Part shown: piece after piece, positions 41,655-50,401 of the stretch
Position numbering within the stretch: position 1 is the first letter of the stretch
Layout of the letters: every line of letters starts with the position of its first letter
Source of the DNA: an uncultured Clostridia bacterium
Lineage (GTDB): Bacteria > Bacillota > Clostridia > UBA1381
Direction: 5' to 3'
DNA length: 64,000 nt
Assembly (NCBI GenBank): GCA_947624165.1
Contig: CANQJC010000006.1
Location: 14,861-78,860, forward strand
Notes under the pieces: model-generated
The model's database searches: none
The model's input: the letters and a program-made list of their open reading frames with translations, nothing else
Told to the model about the DNA's origin: nothing
Position numbers and translations under genes: made by a program

Positions 41655-42419
41655 ATGAAAAAAAGTATACTTAAAGCGTCCGCGCTCGCTGCGGCTGCCG
41701 TTATGTCGGCGGCGTTGCTTACGGGCTGCGGCGGCGAGGACAAGCTTGTAATGGGTACGAACGCCGCGTTCCCGCCGTTCGAATTTACAACGGCCCAGGG
41801 ACTTGTGGGCGAATTCGACGGTATCGACGTTGCGATAGCTTCCGAGATAGCGTCCGACATGGGCAAGCAGCTTGAAGTCGCAGATATGGATTTCGACGGA
41901 CTTATCGCCGCAGTAAGCACGGGTAAGGTGGATATGGTCGCGGCGGGTATGACCGCCACAGACGAACGCCGCAAGAACGTTGACTTCTCCGACACTTACT
42001 TCCTCGCGTCTCAGGTAATGGTTGTCGCTGCCGACAATACCGATATCACAAAGGCGGAGGATTTGAAGAACGACAAGACCGTCGGCGTTGTTCTCGGTTA
42101 CACCGGCGACAGCATCGTTACGAACGACCTTCAGATCCCCGAAAACAAAATCACGCGCACGAACCGCGGTCTCGACGTTGTTCAGGAGGTAAAGAACGGT
42201 AAAATAGACGCTGTCGTAATAGATTCCGCGACGGGTAAGGCGCTTGCCGAGAAAAACGGCTTGAAGGTCGTTGAGGACCCCGAAGCGTTTGAAACCGAGG
42301 AATACGCGATCGCCGTAAAGAAGGGCAACACGGAGCTTCTCGACAAAATAAACGCGACGCTCGCCGAGCTTAAAGCGTCCGGCAAGATAGACGAACTCGC
42401 CGTAAAATACAATCAGTAA
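41655..42419 (+). CDS. Amino acid ABC transporter substrate-binding lipoprotein
   Basis: Lipobox LTGC, GTNAAFPPFEF, MTATDERRKNVDFS. Confidence 0.93.
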   Translation: MKKSILKASALAAAAVMSAALLTGCGGEDKLVMGTNAAFPPFEFTTAQGLVGEFDGIDVAIASEIASDMGKQLEVADMDFDGLIAAVSTGKVDMVAAGMTATDERRKNVDFSDTYFLASQVMVVAADNTDITKAEDLKNDKTVGVVLGYTGDSIVTNDLQIPENKITRTNRGLDVVQEVKNGKIDAVVIDSATGKALAEKNGLKVVEDPEAFETEEYAIAVKKGNTELLDKINATLAELKASGKIDELAVKYNQ

Positions 42420-42452
42420 TTACGCTTTTCCCCCGTTAAGGAGAAAAAACAG

Positions 42453-43181
42453 ATGCGATTGGACAAATACATTTCGGGCTGCGGCTTCGCGGCGCGCTCC
42501 GACGTGCGCGCGCTCCTGAAACGCGCGGAGGTCGTCGCCGACGGAAAACGCTGCAAAAGCGTCGCGCAGCAGGTAAGCGAGGACAGCGTCGTTACGGTCG
42601 ACGGCGAACGTCTTATATATCGGCGTTTCGTCTACCTGATGCTGAACAAACCCGCCGGCTGCGTCAGCGCGGTCACGGACCGCCGCTACCCCGCCGTGAC
42701 GGATTACGTTCCCGATGAATACAAGCATTACGGCGTATATCCCGTCGGACGGCTCGACCGTGACACGGAGGGACTTCTCCTTCTCACGAACGACGGCTCC
42801 TTCGCACATGCGGTGATGTCGCCGAACAAGAACGTCCGCAAACGCTATTTCGCGCGCGTGGATCTGCCCATGACCGAGGAGGACGTCAAGCTCTTCGCGT
42901 CGGGCATGGAGTTCCGCGAGTTTACGGCGAAAAACGCGCTGCTTGAGATAACGGACGACGCGCGCGAGGTCTATGTGGAGATATCCGAGGGAAAATATCA
43001 TCAGGTAAAGCGAATGTGCGCGCGCTGCGGCAAGAGCGTAAATTACCTCAAGCGCGTTGCTGTGGGCGGCGTGTCGCTCGATGAAAGCCTTAAGGAGGGC
43101 GAGGTCAGAGAGCTTACGCTCGATGAAATTGCCGCGCTTTATCCCGACGCCTACCCTCTCACACATCAGCCGAAACGCTGA
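42453..43181 (+). CDS. RsuA-family pseudouridine synthase
   Basis: S4 domain MRLDKY, LNKP, VGRLDRDTEGLLLLTNDG, EGKYHQVKRM. Confidence 0.93.
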   Translation: MRLDKYISGCGFAARSDVRALLKRAEVVADGKRCKSVAQQVSEDSVVTVDGERLIYRRFVYLMLNKPAGCVSAVTDRRYPAVTDYVPDEYKHYGVYPVGRLDRDTEGLLLLTNDGSFAHAVMSPNKNVRKRYFARVDLPMTEEDVKLFASGMEFREFTAKNALLEITDDAREVYVEISEGKYHQVKRMCARCGKSVNYLKRVAVGGVSLDESLKEGEVRELTLDEIAALYPDAYPLTHQPKR

Positions 43182-43239
43182 ATCGCACCCAAACTATACA
43201 AACCGCCCAATTTGGCAGTAAGAAAACTATACAACATTC

Positions 43240-43297
43240 ACAAAAAAGAAACAAAAAGCAAAAAAGAATTGAAATTTCATTTAACATAGTTTATAAT
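43240..43297 (+). promoter_or_regulatory. Strong sigmaA promoter with an A-rich UP element for the surface operon
   Basis: TTGAAA(43269)-17-TATAAT(43292) preceded by A-tracts. Confidence 0.72.
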
Positions 43298-43390
43298 GTA
43301 GATATATGAATGTAACTTGTATGCGTGTCGGGTGAAAACAGGCACACAAACAAAAAGCAAAAAAATTATTTTAGAAAAGGGGTAAAAAAA

Positions 43391-44071
43391 ATGAAGAAAT
43401 TTACTAAACTATTTCTATCATGCGCGGCGGTAGCTGCTGTAACGGCTGCTGTTGCAACTTCGGCTATGGCTGCCAACTTGACGGGCGACCTGGAAGGTGC
43501 TTATGATCCCTCGACCGGTGTGTTGAACATCACAACGGCATTGACGGGTGAAAGCACGGTTCTCGTTCTTGCTCCGGACGCTATCACGGAGACAGATACG
43601 ACGATTGCCGACAGCGAGATCCTTTACATCGATCAGGCTGAGATCGCAGCTACGACGAACATGGGTCTGAAGGGTAAGCCGACTGCAGACGGCGTATACA
43701 CGGTATGGGTTGCTAACGCGGCTGACAATTTCGCTACGATCAAGAAGGCTACATTCAGAATCGGCGAAAGCGAGACGTCAACTATCATCGGCGGCGATAC
43801 GAGCGGCGACGGTAATGTAAACCTTACAGACCAGGGTCAGATGCTCAGATATCTTGCTGAGAGAAGCGACAACATCGGTAACGTTGGTAAGGCTTATGAA
43901 GATCCCACAGATCCTGCTAAGAAGATCGTTGTAGGCGATACGAGCGGCGACGCTAACGTAAACCTTACAGACCAGGGTCAGATGCTCAGATATCTTGCTG
44001 AGAGAAGCGATAACATCGGTAATGCAGGTCAGGAAATCGAAGTAGGTCCTGAAATAGCTCCTGCGGAATAA
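43391..44071 (+). CDS. Secreted protein: Ig/X-like module plus C-terminal dockerin
   Basis: Signal peptide ending ATSAMA; duplicated Ca-loop/helix GDTSGD(G/A)NVNLTDQGQMLRYLAE; no catalytic domain recognised. Confidence 0.85.
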   Translation: MKKFTKLFLSCAAVAAVTAAVATSAMAANLTGDLEGAYDPSTGVLNITTALTGESTVLVLAPDAITETDTTIADSEILYIDQAEIAATTNMGLKGKPTADGVYTVWVANAADNFATIKKATFRIGESETSTIIGGDTSGDGNVNLTDQGQMLRYLAERSDNIGNVGKAYEDPTDPAKKIVVGDTSGDANVNLTDQGQMLRYLAERSDNIGNAGQEIEVGPEIAPAE

Positions 44072-44104
44072 TTTCTTGTAAGTTATTTGTATAATATTTC
44101 GGTA

Positions 44105-44133
44105 ATTCAGCCGCGCTTCGCGCGCGGCTGAAT
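44105..44133 (+). promoter_or_regulatory. Intergenic 12-bp stem-loop without a U-tract
   Basis: ATTCAGCCGCGC-ttcgc-GCGCGGCTGAAT. Confidence 0.65.
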
Positions 44134-44182
44134 ATCTGATTATTATAATAAATAGGATAATTTGAAAGGGGTAAAAATCAAA

Positions 44183-46507
44183 ATGAGAAACAAAAAGCTT
44201 ATCGCGCTCATATGCGCGCTTTCAATGATTGTTTCTTTGTTCACATCGTTTACTGTTGTAAACGCTGAGGGTGAAGGAATGTATATTGAAGTTACGCAGG
44301 CTACTACAACAAATGCAACTGTAACTGCGAAGTATTCGGGCTTTGACAACGGTATCGGCGGCGCGAAGATAAAGATCAGCGTTCCGTCGGGTGCAACGGT
44401 AACACATACCTGCACAATGCCCGGTGCGGTATTGACACCCAACGACACGGTTGACGGTCAGTACACGCTCGTTATAGGATTCCAGGACGACACACCGGCT
44501 GAAGGTAATGTTATCGCAACATTTGATATTACATTGCCCGAGGCACTCACATCGAACTTTAAAGTAGAATTGCTTGAAGGTTCTGAGATCATGTCGAACG
44601 ACGGTACATATTTGACGGTAAAGGACGGCACGATTGCGGCTTCGTCGGGTACGATTTTGGCTGACCCGTCAAAGACGCCCGAGGTTGTTCTTCCGAAGCC
44701 TGACGTTGATCCCGACGTTGAGCTTCCTCCGACAAGAGACGAAGTTACCGTTGATAACGGTATAGTTCTCGAGTACGACGAGGCGAACAGCACGGATACA
44801 ACAAAGGTAATTCTTGCTAAGTACGTAGGTACTTCGTTTGAAACAAACGGTATCGGCGGCGCAAAGATCAAGCTCAGCGTTCCGTCGGGTGCAACGGTAA
44901 CACATGCCTGCACAATGCCCGGTGCTGTATTGACGCCCAACGACACTGTTGACGGTCAGTACACGCTCGTTGTAGGATTCCAGGATGATACAAAGGCTGA
45001 AGGTAATGTTATCGCAACATTCACGATTACATTGGCTGAGCCTATGAACGATGATTTCGTTGTTGAACTGCTCAGCGGTTCGGAAATCATGAACAATGCC
45101 GGAGAATATCTGACGATGAACGACGACCTGAAGCCCGCCTGGGTAAAGGTTCCCGGTACAGGTGCTTCGCTTGACAACAAGATGCCGCTTATTAAGGATG
45201 AAAACGGCGATGGTCTTGTATCCGCGCCTTCGGCAACGCTTTCGAATAAAGCATATGCTGCTCTCGAAGTTAAGAAGGCTGACGGTACGCCGGCTACATA
45301 CAACGAAGACTATGTTGCATACTACAAGGGTGAGAAGCTGACTAAGGAACAGCTCGATAACCTCCTTGCAGGTGCTTATGTAAATACGGAAGACGACGAT
45401 CCCACGAACGATTCGCTTCTCGATATGCTTAAGGATGTTGAACTCCAGTACAACAACGGCATAACAGGTAAGCTCCAGATCGTTGACGAGGATCAGGACG
45501 GTACTCCTATTGTAGTTGTCAGCGGCGAAACTCCTTCGGACGCTGAGCCTACACCTCCTCCTGCGGCTCCCGCACTGACGGTTAAGGCTTCAAAGACGAC
45601 TGCTTATGTAGGCGACGAAGTAACCGTTACTGCTAATGTAAGCAACGGTAAGACACCTGTTTCGCTCACAGCTAAGGTTTTGGGCAACGGCGACGACTTT
45701 ATCACAGGCTTCAAGGCGACAGACGACGAGCAGACTGCAACAAGCGCGAAGTATCGCTTCAGAGCTGCGCTCGCAACAGAGTCGAAGAAGCCCGTACAGA
45801 TTCAGTTCACATATACGTATAAGGACGATTCCAACGTTGAGCAGACAATCGACGAGGTTGCTTCTGTAACGATTAAGACTAAGCAGCCCGGTAATGGTGG
45901 CGGCGGAAGCGATGACGACGATGATGACAACACGCTTCTCGTTGTTCCCGGCTTGAACGGCTCGGCTCCGCATTTTGAAGACCTCGGTACTGTTCCTTGG
46001 GCTGAGGAAGCGATCAATGCTCTTGCTGCAAAGGGTATAATCAACGGTAGAAGCGAGACGATCTTCGATCCTGATTCGAATATCACAAGAGCTGAGTATT
46101 GCCAGATCCTCGTAGGTGCTATCGGCAGAACGAGCGAGTATGCTGATTCTTCGTTCCTTGACGTTCCGACGGATGCATGGTTCTATCATGCGGTAGCTGT
46201 TGCTTCCAAGCTCGGTATCGTTGAAGGTTACGGCGACGGCAACTTCGGTCCGTACAACCTGATTACGAGACAGGATATGGCTCTCATGACGATGAAGGCT
46301 GCTCAGGTATTCGGTAAGCCGCTCACAGCTGTAAGAGCTATGGCGTTTGCTGATGCTGACCAGGTATCTGACTATGCTGCAACGGCTGTTCAGACACTTG
46401 CTGACGCAGGTATCATCAACGGAGTATCCGATACAGAATTTGCTCCTAAGGCTAACGCTACAAGAGCTCAGGCTGCGAAGATCCTCTATGACACATTTGT
46501 TAAATAA
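44183..46507 (+). CDS. Cell-surface scaffold: two cohesin-like repeats, Ig-like domain and three SLH domains
   Basis: Signal peptide; repeats with NGIGGAKIK.SV ... GNVIATF.ITL; Pro- and Gly/Asp-rich linkers; SLH motifs ITRAEY, ITRQDM, ATRAQA. The SLH call is firm, the cohesin call is by pattern only. Confidence 0.82.
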   Translation: MRNKKLIALICALSMIVSLFTSFTVVNAEGEGMYIEVTQATTTNATVTAKYSGFDNGIGGAKIKISVPSGATVTHTCTMPGAVLTPNDTVDGQYTLVIGFQDDTPAEGNVIATFDITLPEALTSNFKVELLEGSEIMSNDGTYLTVKDGTIAASSGTILADPSKTPEVVLPKPDVDPDVELPPTRDEVTVDNGIVLEYDEANSTDTTKVILAKYVGTSFETNGIGGAKIKLSVPSGATVTHACTMPGAVLTPNDTVDGQYTLVVGFQDDTKAEGNVIATFTITLAEPMNDDFVVELLSGSEIMNNAGEYLTMNDDLKPAWVKVPGTGASLDNKMPLIKDENGDGLVSAPSATLSNKAYAALEVKKADGTPATYNEDYVAYYKGEKLTKEQLDNLLAGAYVNTEDDDPTNDSLLDMLKDVELQYNNGITGKLQIVDEDQDGTPIVVVSGETPSDAEPTPPPAAPALTVKASKTTAYVGDEVTVTANVSNGKTPVSLTAKVLGNGDDFITGFKATDDEQTATSAKYRFRAALATESKKPVQIQFTYTYKDDSNVEQTIDEVASVTIKTKQPGNGGGGSDDDDDDNTLLVVPGLNGSAPHFEDLGTVPWAEEAINALAAKGIINGRSETIFDPDSNITRAEYCQILVGAIGRTSEYADSSFLDVPTDAWFYHAVAVASKLGIVEGYGDGNFGPYNLITRQDMALMTMKAAQVFGKPLTAVRAMAFADADQVSDYAATAVQTLADAGIINGVSDTEFAPKANATRAQAAKILYDTFVK

Positions 46508-46624
46508 TTTTTGCGGACACTGATTCGTAAAAATTGTTTATAGAAGCAGCAGTTCATGCGGACACTAAGCTGTTCGTATGGATCATCCCTCGAAATTGAT
46601 CCGATTAGATTCGGATAATCGAAG

Positions 46625-46658
46625 AAAGGCGGTCCCCGTTTGGGGACCGTCTTTTTTT
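46625..46658 (+). terminator. Intrinsic terminator of the surface operon
   Basis: AAAGGCGGTCCCC-gttt-GGGGACCGTC-T7. Confidence 0.8.
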
Positions 46659-46670
46659 GCGTCCGCAACC

Positions 46671-46919
46671 CAGTGCCGTACCGCCCCACCGCACCGCCGC
46701 ACACCCCACGTGTCGCGCCGCGCGCCACCGCTCCGCCACCTCGCACCCCACCGCGTCACGCGTCGCCGCACCCCACTGCGCCGCCGCACACCCCACCGCC
46801 GCGCAGCCGCCACGCACCACCGCGCAACCGCGTCGCACCACGCACCACGCACCGTGCCACCGTGCCGCGCACACCGCACCGCCGCCGCACACCACCGCTC
46901 TGCCCCACGTGCCGCGCGG
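46671..46919. repeat. Low-complexity C-rich degenerate tandem tract (CCGCA/CCACC units)
   Basis: About 250 bp nearly devoid of T on the + strand, with six CCCC runs. Confidence 0.85.
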
Positions 46920-46928
46920 TTTAAGCAC

Positions 46929-46959
46929 AAAAAAACCCCCGAAGCTTATTGCTTCGGGG
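46929..46959 (-). terminator. Intrinsic terminator of the transaldolase gene
   Basis: A7 then CCCCGAAGC-ttatt-GCTTCGGGG. Confidence 0.78.
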
Positions 46960-46990
46960 ACAGATTTTTAAATTTTATTTATTTTAAATT

Positions 46991-47641
46991 TTATTCGCTC
47001 TTCGGAACCGTTTCCCAGTCCTTCAAAAATCTCTGTATACCGATGTCGGTAAGCGGATGGTTTATCATCTGCGCGATGACCTTGTACGGCACCGTCGCGA
47101 TGTCGCAGCCGGCGCGCGCCGCGTCGACAACGTGTATCGGATTTCTGATGCTTGCCGCGATTATCTCCGTTTTAATATCGTGGAGCTTGAATATATCCGC
47201 GATTTCTTCGATCAGTATCATTCCGTTTGTGCCTACGTCGTCCAGTCTGCCGAGGAACGGGCTGACGTAAGACGCGCCCGCTCTTGCCGCGAGGAGTGCC
47301 TGCGCCGCCGAGAAGATAAGCGTCACGTTTGTCTTTATGCCGAGCTTCGTAAGCTGCTTGACAGCCTTTAAGCCCTCCGCGCACATCGGAATTTTAATAA
47401 CGATGTTCTTATGGATCGCCGCAAGGGGCTTTGCTTCCTCAACCATCTGCGCCGCGTCGAGCGAAATGACCTCCGCGCTTATGGGACCGTCCACGATAGT
47501 GGTAATTTCCTTGACCACCTGAACAAAATCTCTGCCCTCTTTCGCGATGAGCGAGGGATTTGTCGTCACTCCGCAGATAACGCCCATGTCGTTAGCCTGT
47601 TTTATTTCGTCGATGTTGGCAGTATCAACAAATAATTTCAT
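46991..47641 (-). CDS. tal: Transaldolase (TalC/Fsa family)
   Basis: [21 protein letters not shown]; SAEV (Glu) and SPF (Phe) favour transaldolase over fructose-6-P aldolase. Confidence 0.9.
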   Translation of the reverse strand: MKLFVDTANIDEIKQANDMGVICGVTTNPSLIAKEGRDFVQVVKEITTIVDGPISAEVISLDAAQMVEEAKPLAAIHKNIVIKIPMCAEGLKAVKQLTKLGIKTNVTLIFSAAQALLAARAGASYVSPFLGRLDDVGTNGMILIEEIADIFKLHDIKTEIIAASIRNPIHVVDAARAGCDIATVPYKVIAQMINHPLTDIGIQRFLKDWETVPKSE

Positions 47642-47761
47642 GTAGATTCCTCCTATTAAATCGTTTCCTTAATTATATAAAATTTTTCCTGCTTAGTCAA
47701 TAGATATACTTGAAAAATATAAATAAATGCGGTATACTGGTACTAACACGATATAGGAGGA

Positions 47762-48019
47762 ATGATTATGGCACGGTTTACATACGAGCCGCAGGGAGTG
47801 TGCAGCGTCCGAATCGATTTTGAAGTCGACGACGGGATCGTGCGCGGCGTTCATTTCACGCGCGGCTGTAACGGCAACACACAGGGTATAAGCGCGCTCG
47901 TCGAGGGAATGAGAGTCGACGACGTTATCGCGCGCCTTAAAGGCACCGACTGTAACGGACGCGGTACGTCCTGCCCCGACCAGCTTGCCCGCGCGCTCGA
48001 GCTGAGCAAAAATCAGTAA
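47762..48019 (+). CDS. TIGR03905-type TSCPD domain protein
   Basis: GVCS..F.RGCNGNTQGI..LKG.DC..RGTSCPDQLA. Confidence 0.88.
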   Translation: MIMARFTYEPQGVCSVRIDFEVDDGIVRGVHFTRGCNGNTQGISALVEGMRVDDVIARLKGTDCNGRGTSCPDQLARALELSKNQ

Positions 48020-48067
48020 TATTTTTTCCAATTCCTTCATATACTGTAATTATACAGTATATGGAGG
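48017..48067 (+). promoter_or_regulatory. Putative sigmaE promoter overlapped by an RBS-sequestering inverted repeat
   Basis: TAATATT(48017)-14-CATATACT(48038); CCTTCATATACTGTA/TACAGTATATGGAGG. Confidence 0.65.
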
Positions 48068-48076
48068 TTTTTTACT

Positions 48077-48598
48077 TTGCAGACCGTCACTATCAGAAAA
48101 ATCCCGATTTTGAGACATCTTGCGTTCATGCTGATAATCGCTGCCGCCGTGACGGCTTTTTTTGCCGCGCGCGCCGTTGTTTTACCCTCCGCGGATATAA
48201 ACGTATATTTTGCCGATGCGGAGATGATGCGTCTGATACCCGTTAGGACAAGCGTACCGCGTACCGGCGCGGAAAGGACGGCGCGTTTTGTTCTTGACGC
48301 GATGATAGAGGGGCATGACGACAACCCGAAAATCTTTCGTCTCGTTCCGAACGTGAAAAACTGCATGAGCGTCACTGTGAAGGATAAAATCGCGTATGTG
48401 GATCTGAAGAGCGGTCTGCGCGGCGAATATCCCGACGGCCGCGACGCGGAAATAATGATGGTATACTCTATCGTAAATTCGCTCACGAACATAGACGGGA
48501 TAGTAAACGTCCGTTTTACGGTCGACGGTGAAAGACAAAAGGATTTTCTCGGCTTCGTCGACATGCGCGAAACGTTTATACCCGATTACTGCGTTTAA
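48077..48598 (+). CDS. GerMN domain (GerM-like) sporulation/germination protein
   Basis: N-terminal TM; VYFAD..LIPV, AYVDL, E.MMVYSIVNSLT.IDGI..VRFTVDG. Confidence 0.85.
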   Translation: MQTVTIRKIPILRHLAFMLIIAAAVTAFFAARAVVLPSADINVYFADAEMMRLIPVRTSVPRTGAERTARFVLDAMIEGHDDNPKIFRLVPNVKNCMSVTVKDKIAYVDLKSGLRGEYPDGRDAEIMMVYSIVNSLTNIDGIVNVRFTVDGERQKDFLGFVDMRETFIPDYCV

Positions 48599-48741
48599 AC
48601 TGCCGGCGGCGGTTTTACATTTTTATAAGGACGGCGTTCAACGCCGTTTTTTTGTGTCGGAAAGGCGTATTTTTTTTCTGTTCTAAACCGTCCCGAAAAA
48701 TAATATATATCAAATACAAAACACGAATGGAGGAAACGAAA

Positions 48742-49665
48742 ATGTACATAGCAAACAATGAAACGGTAAGCGCGTCGCGCGGCATACTGGACTTTATGCC
48801 GCAGGGGATAAGAAGGTATATGTACGGCGTAGATCTCGACGGCGCGCAGGAAATACGTCTGCGGCTCGACAAACCGCTTGCGATACATTACGCCGACGGG
48901 TGCTTCTACCTCGTCGGGCGCGGCAAGCTCAGTCCGCTGCCCGTTTCCGCACTGAGAGTGACGCGCGCGCATATTGACGAAGCACTCGAAATCGCGACGT
49001 CCTCGTCGGTGTATTCCGTGCGTGACGAAATAAAAAACGGGTTTCTGACGATTCGCGGAGGTCACAGGATAGGGATAACCGGCACCGCCGTCATAAAAGA
49101 GGACAAGGTTTCGTTTATCAAGGACGTTTCCGCGCTTAATTACAGGCTTGCGAGCGAAGTGATCGGCGCGGCGGACGAAATCATTCCGCTTATCCTCGAC
49201 GGTACGCGTATAAGGAACACATTGATCGTCTCGCCGCCCGGCGCGGGCAAAACGACGATGCTCCGTGATATTGCGCGCCAGCTTTCCTATAAGTCGTACC
49301 GCGTCAGCATAGTGGACGAGCGGCGCGAGATCGCCGCGCTGTGCGAGGGAAGGAGCGCGTTTGACCTCGGTTTCTCGACGGACGTGCTTGAAGGCGCGGA
49401 CAAGGCGTCAGGTATGCTCATGGTACTGCGTTCGATGTGTCCCGACGTTATTGTCACCGACGAGATCGGCGCGCAGGAGGATATCGACGCGATAGAAAAA
49501 ATAACGCAGAGCGGCGCGGCGGTCATAGCGTCCGTACACGGCAGAGACGCGCGTATGCTTCGCCGCCGCGCGGATCTGGAGCGTATGCTTCCGTTTTTTG
49601 AGGTCGTCGTCACGCTCGGCAAAAGCCGTGGCGCGGGTACGATAGAGGAGGCGGCGGCACTATGA
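48742..49665 (+). CDS. spoIIIAA: Stage III sporulation ATPase AA
   Basis: EIRLR, GFLTIRGGHRIG, SPPGAGKTTMLRD, VDERREIA, RSMCPDVIVTDEIG. Confidence 0.95.
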   Translation: MYIANNETVSASRGILDFMPQGIRRYMYGVDLDGAQEIRLRLDKPLAIHYADGCFYLVGRGKLSPLPVSALRVTRAHIDEALEIATSSSVYSVRDEIKNGFLTIRGGHRIGITGTAVIKEDKVSFIKDVSALNYRLASEVIGAADEIIPLILDGTRIRNTLIVSPPGAGKTTMLRDIARQLSYKSYRVSIVDERREIAALCEGRSAFDLGFSTDVLEGADKASGMLMVLRSMCPDVIVTDEIGAQEDIDAIEKITQSGAAVIASVHGRDARMLRRRADLERMLPFFEVVVTLGKSRGAGTIEEAAAL

Positions 49666-50153
49666 TAAGGCTTGTCGGCGCGGCGATGACGGGGCTTGCG
49701 TGCGCGTATACGGGGATAAGGCTGAGAATGAATCTCAGGAAACGCGTGGAAAGTCTCGCGGATATCCGCGCGTCGCTCGAGCTCCTCGAGGGTGAAATAA
49801 ACTTCAGCGTCAATAAGCTGAAAACAGCCTTCACACGCGCCGACAGAAACGGATTGTTCGCGCTCGCTGGAGAAAAAATCGACACGCTCGGCGCGGATAT
49901 GGCGTGGCGTGCCGCGCTCGACGAGATGAAAACGCGGCTGTGTCTCACGGACGCGGACGCGGATATACTCAAAACGCTCGGCGCGCGTCTCGGCAGGACC
50001 GATACCGACGACCAGATAAAAAACATACGCTATGTCAAAACGCTCGCGGCGCGCTGCGAGGAGGAAAGCAGAGCGGAATATGAGCGTTTTGCAAAGCTTT
50101 ACAGCAGCGGCGGCATACTTATCGGACTTTTTATAGTGATCATGCTGATATGA
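49662..50153 (+). CDS. spoIIIAB: Stage III sporulation protein AB
   Basis: Operon position; LEGEINF, LGRTDTDDQ. Confidence 0.9.
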   Translation: MIRLVGAAMTGLACAYTGIRLRMNLRKRVESLADIRASLELLEGEINFSVNKLKTAFTRADRNGLFALAGEKIDTLGADMAWRAALDEMKTRLCLTDADADILKTLGARLGRTDTDDQIKNIRYVKTLAARCEEESRAEYERFAKLYSSGGILIGLFIVIMLI

Positions 50154-50192
50154 GCGGCGCGGGGCGAATTTTTCAAAAAGGGACTGTGAAAG

Positions 50193-50387
50193 ATGAATGT
50201 GGATTTAATTTTTCAAATCGCCGGAGTGGGAATAATCGTGGCGGTGCTCAATCAGCTTCTTACGCGCGCGGGACGCGAGGAACAGGCTCTTCTTACGACC
50301 CTTGCCGGACTTGTTGTCGTGCTGTTTATCGTGACGCAGCAAATCGGGGAGCTGTTCGACACGGTCAAAAGTATATTTAATCTTTAA
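50193..50387 (+). CDS. spoIIIAC: Stage III sporulation protein AC
   Basis: MNVDLIFQIAGVGIIVAVLNQLL..GREEQA. Confidence 0.95.
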   Translation: MNVDLIFQIAGVGIIVAVLNQLLTRAGREEQALLTTLAGLVVVLFIVTQQIGELFDTVKSIFNL

Positions 50388-50401
50388 ACGCCGGTGATAA
50401 T

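Noticed and set aside
43793-45021. Internal repeats as diversity-generating retroelement TR/VR pairs
   Set aside because: Differences are not adenine-specific, both copies are in-frame domains, and no reverse transcriptase is present.
46486-47270. Overlapping Arg/Pro/Ala/His-rich ORFs in all six frames
   Set aside because: Artefacts of the stop-free C-rich tract; no RBS, and they span terminators.
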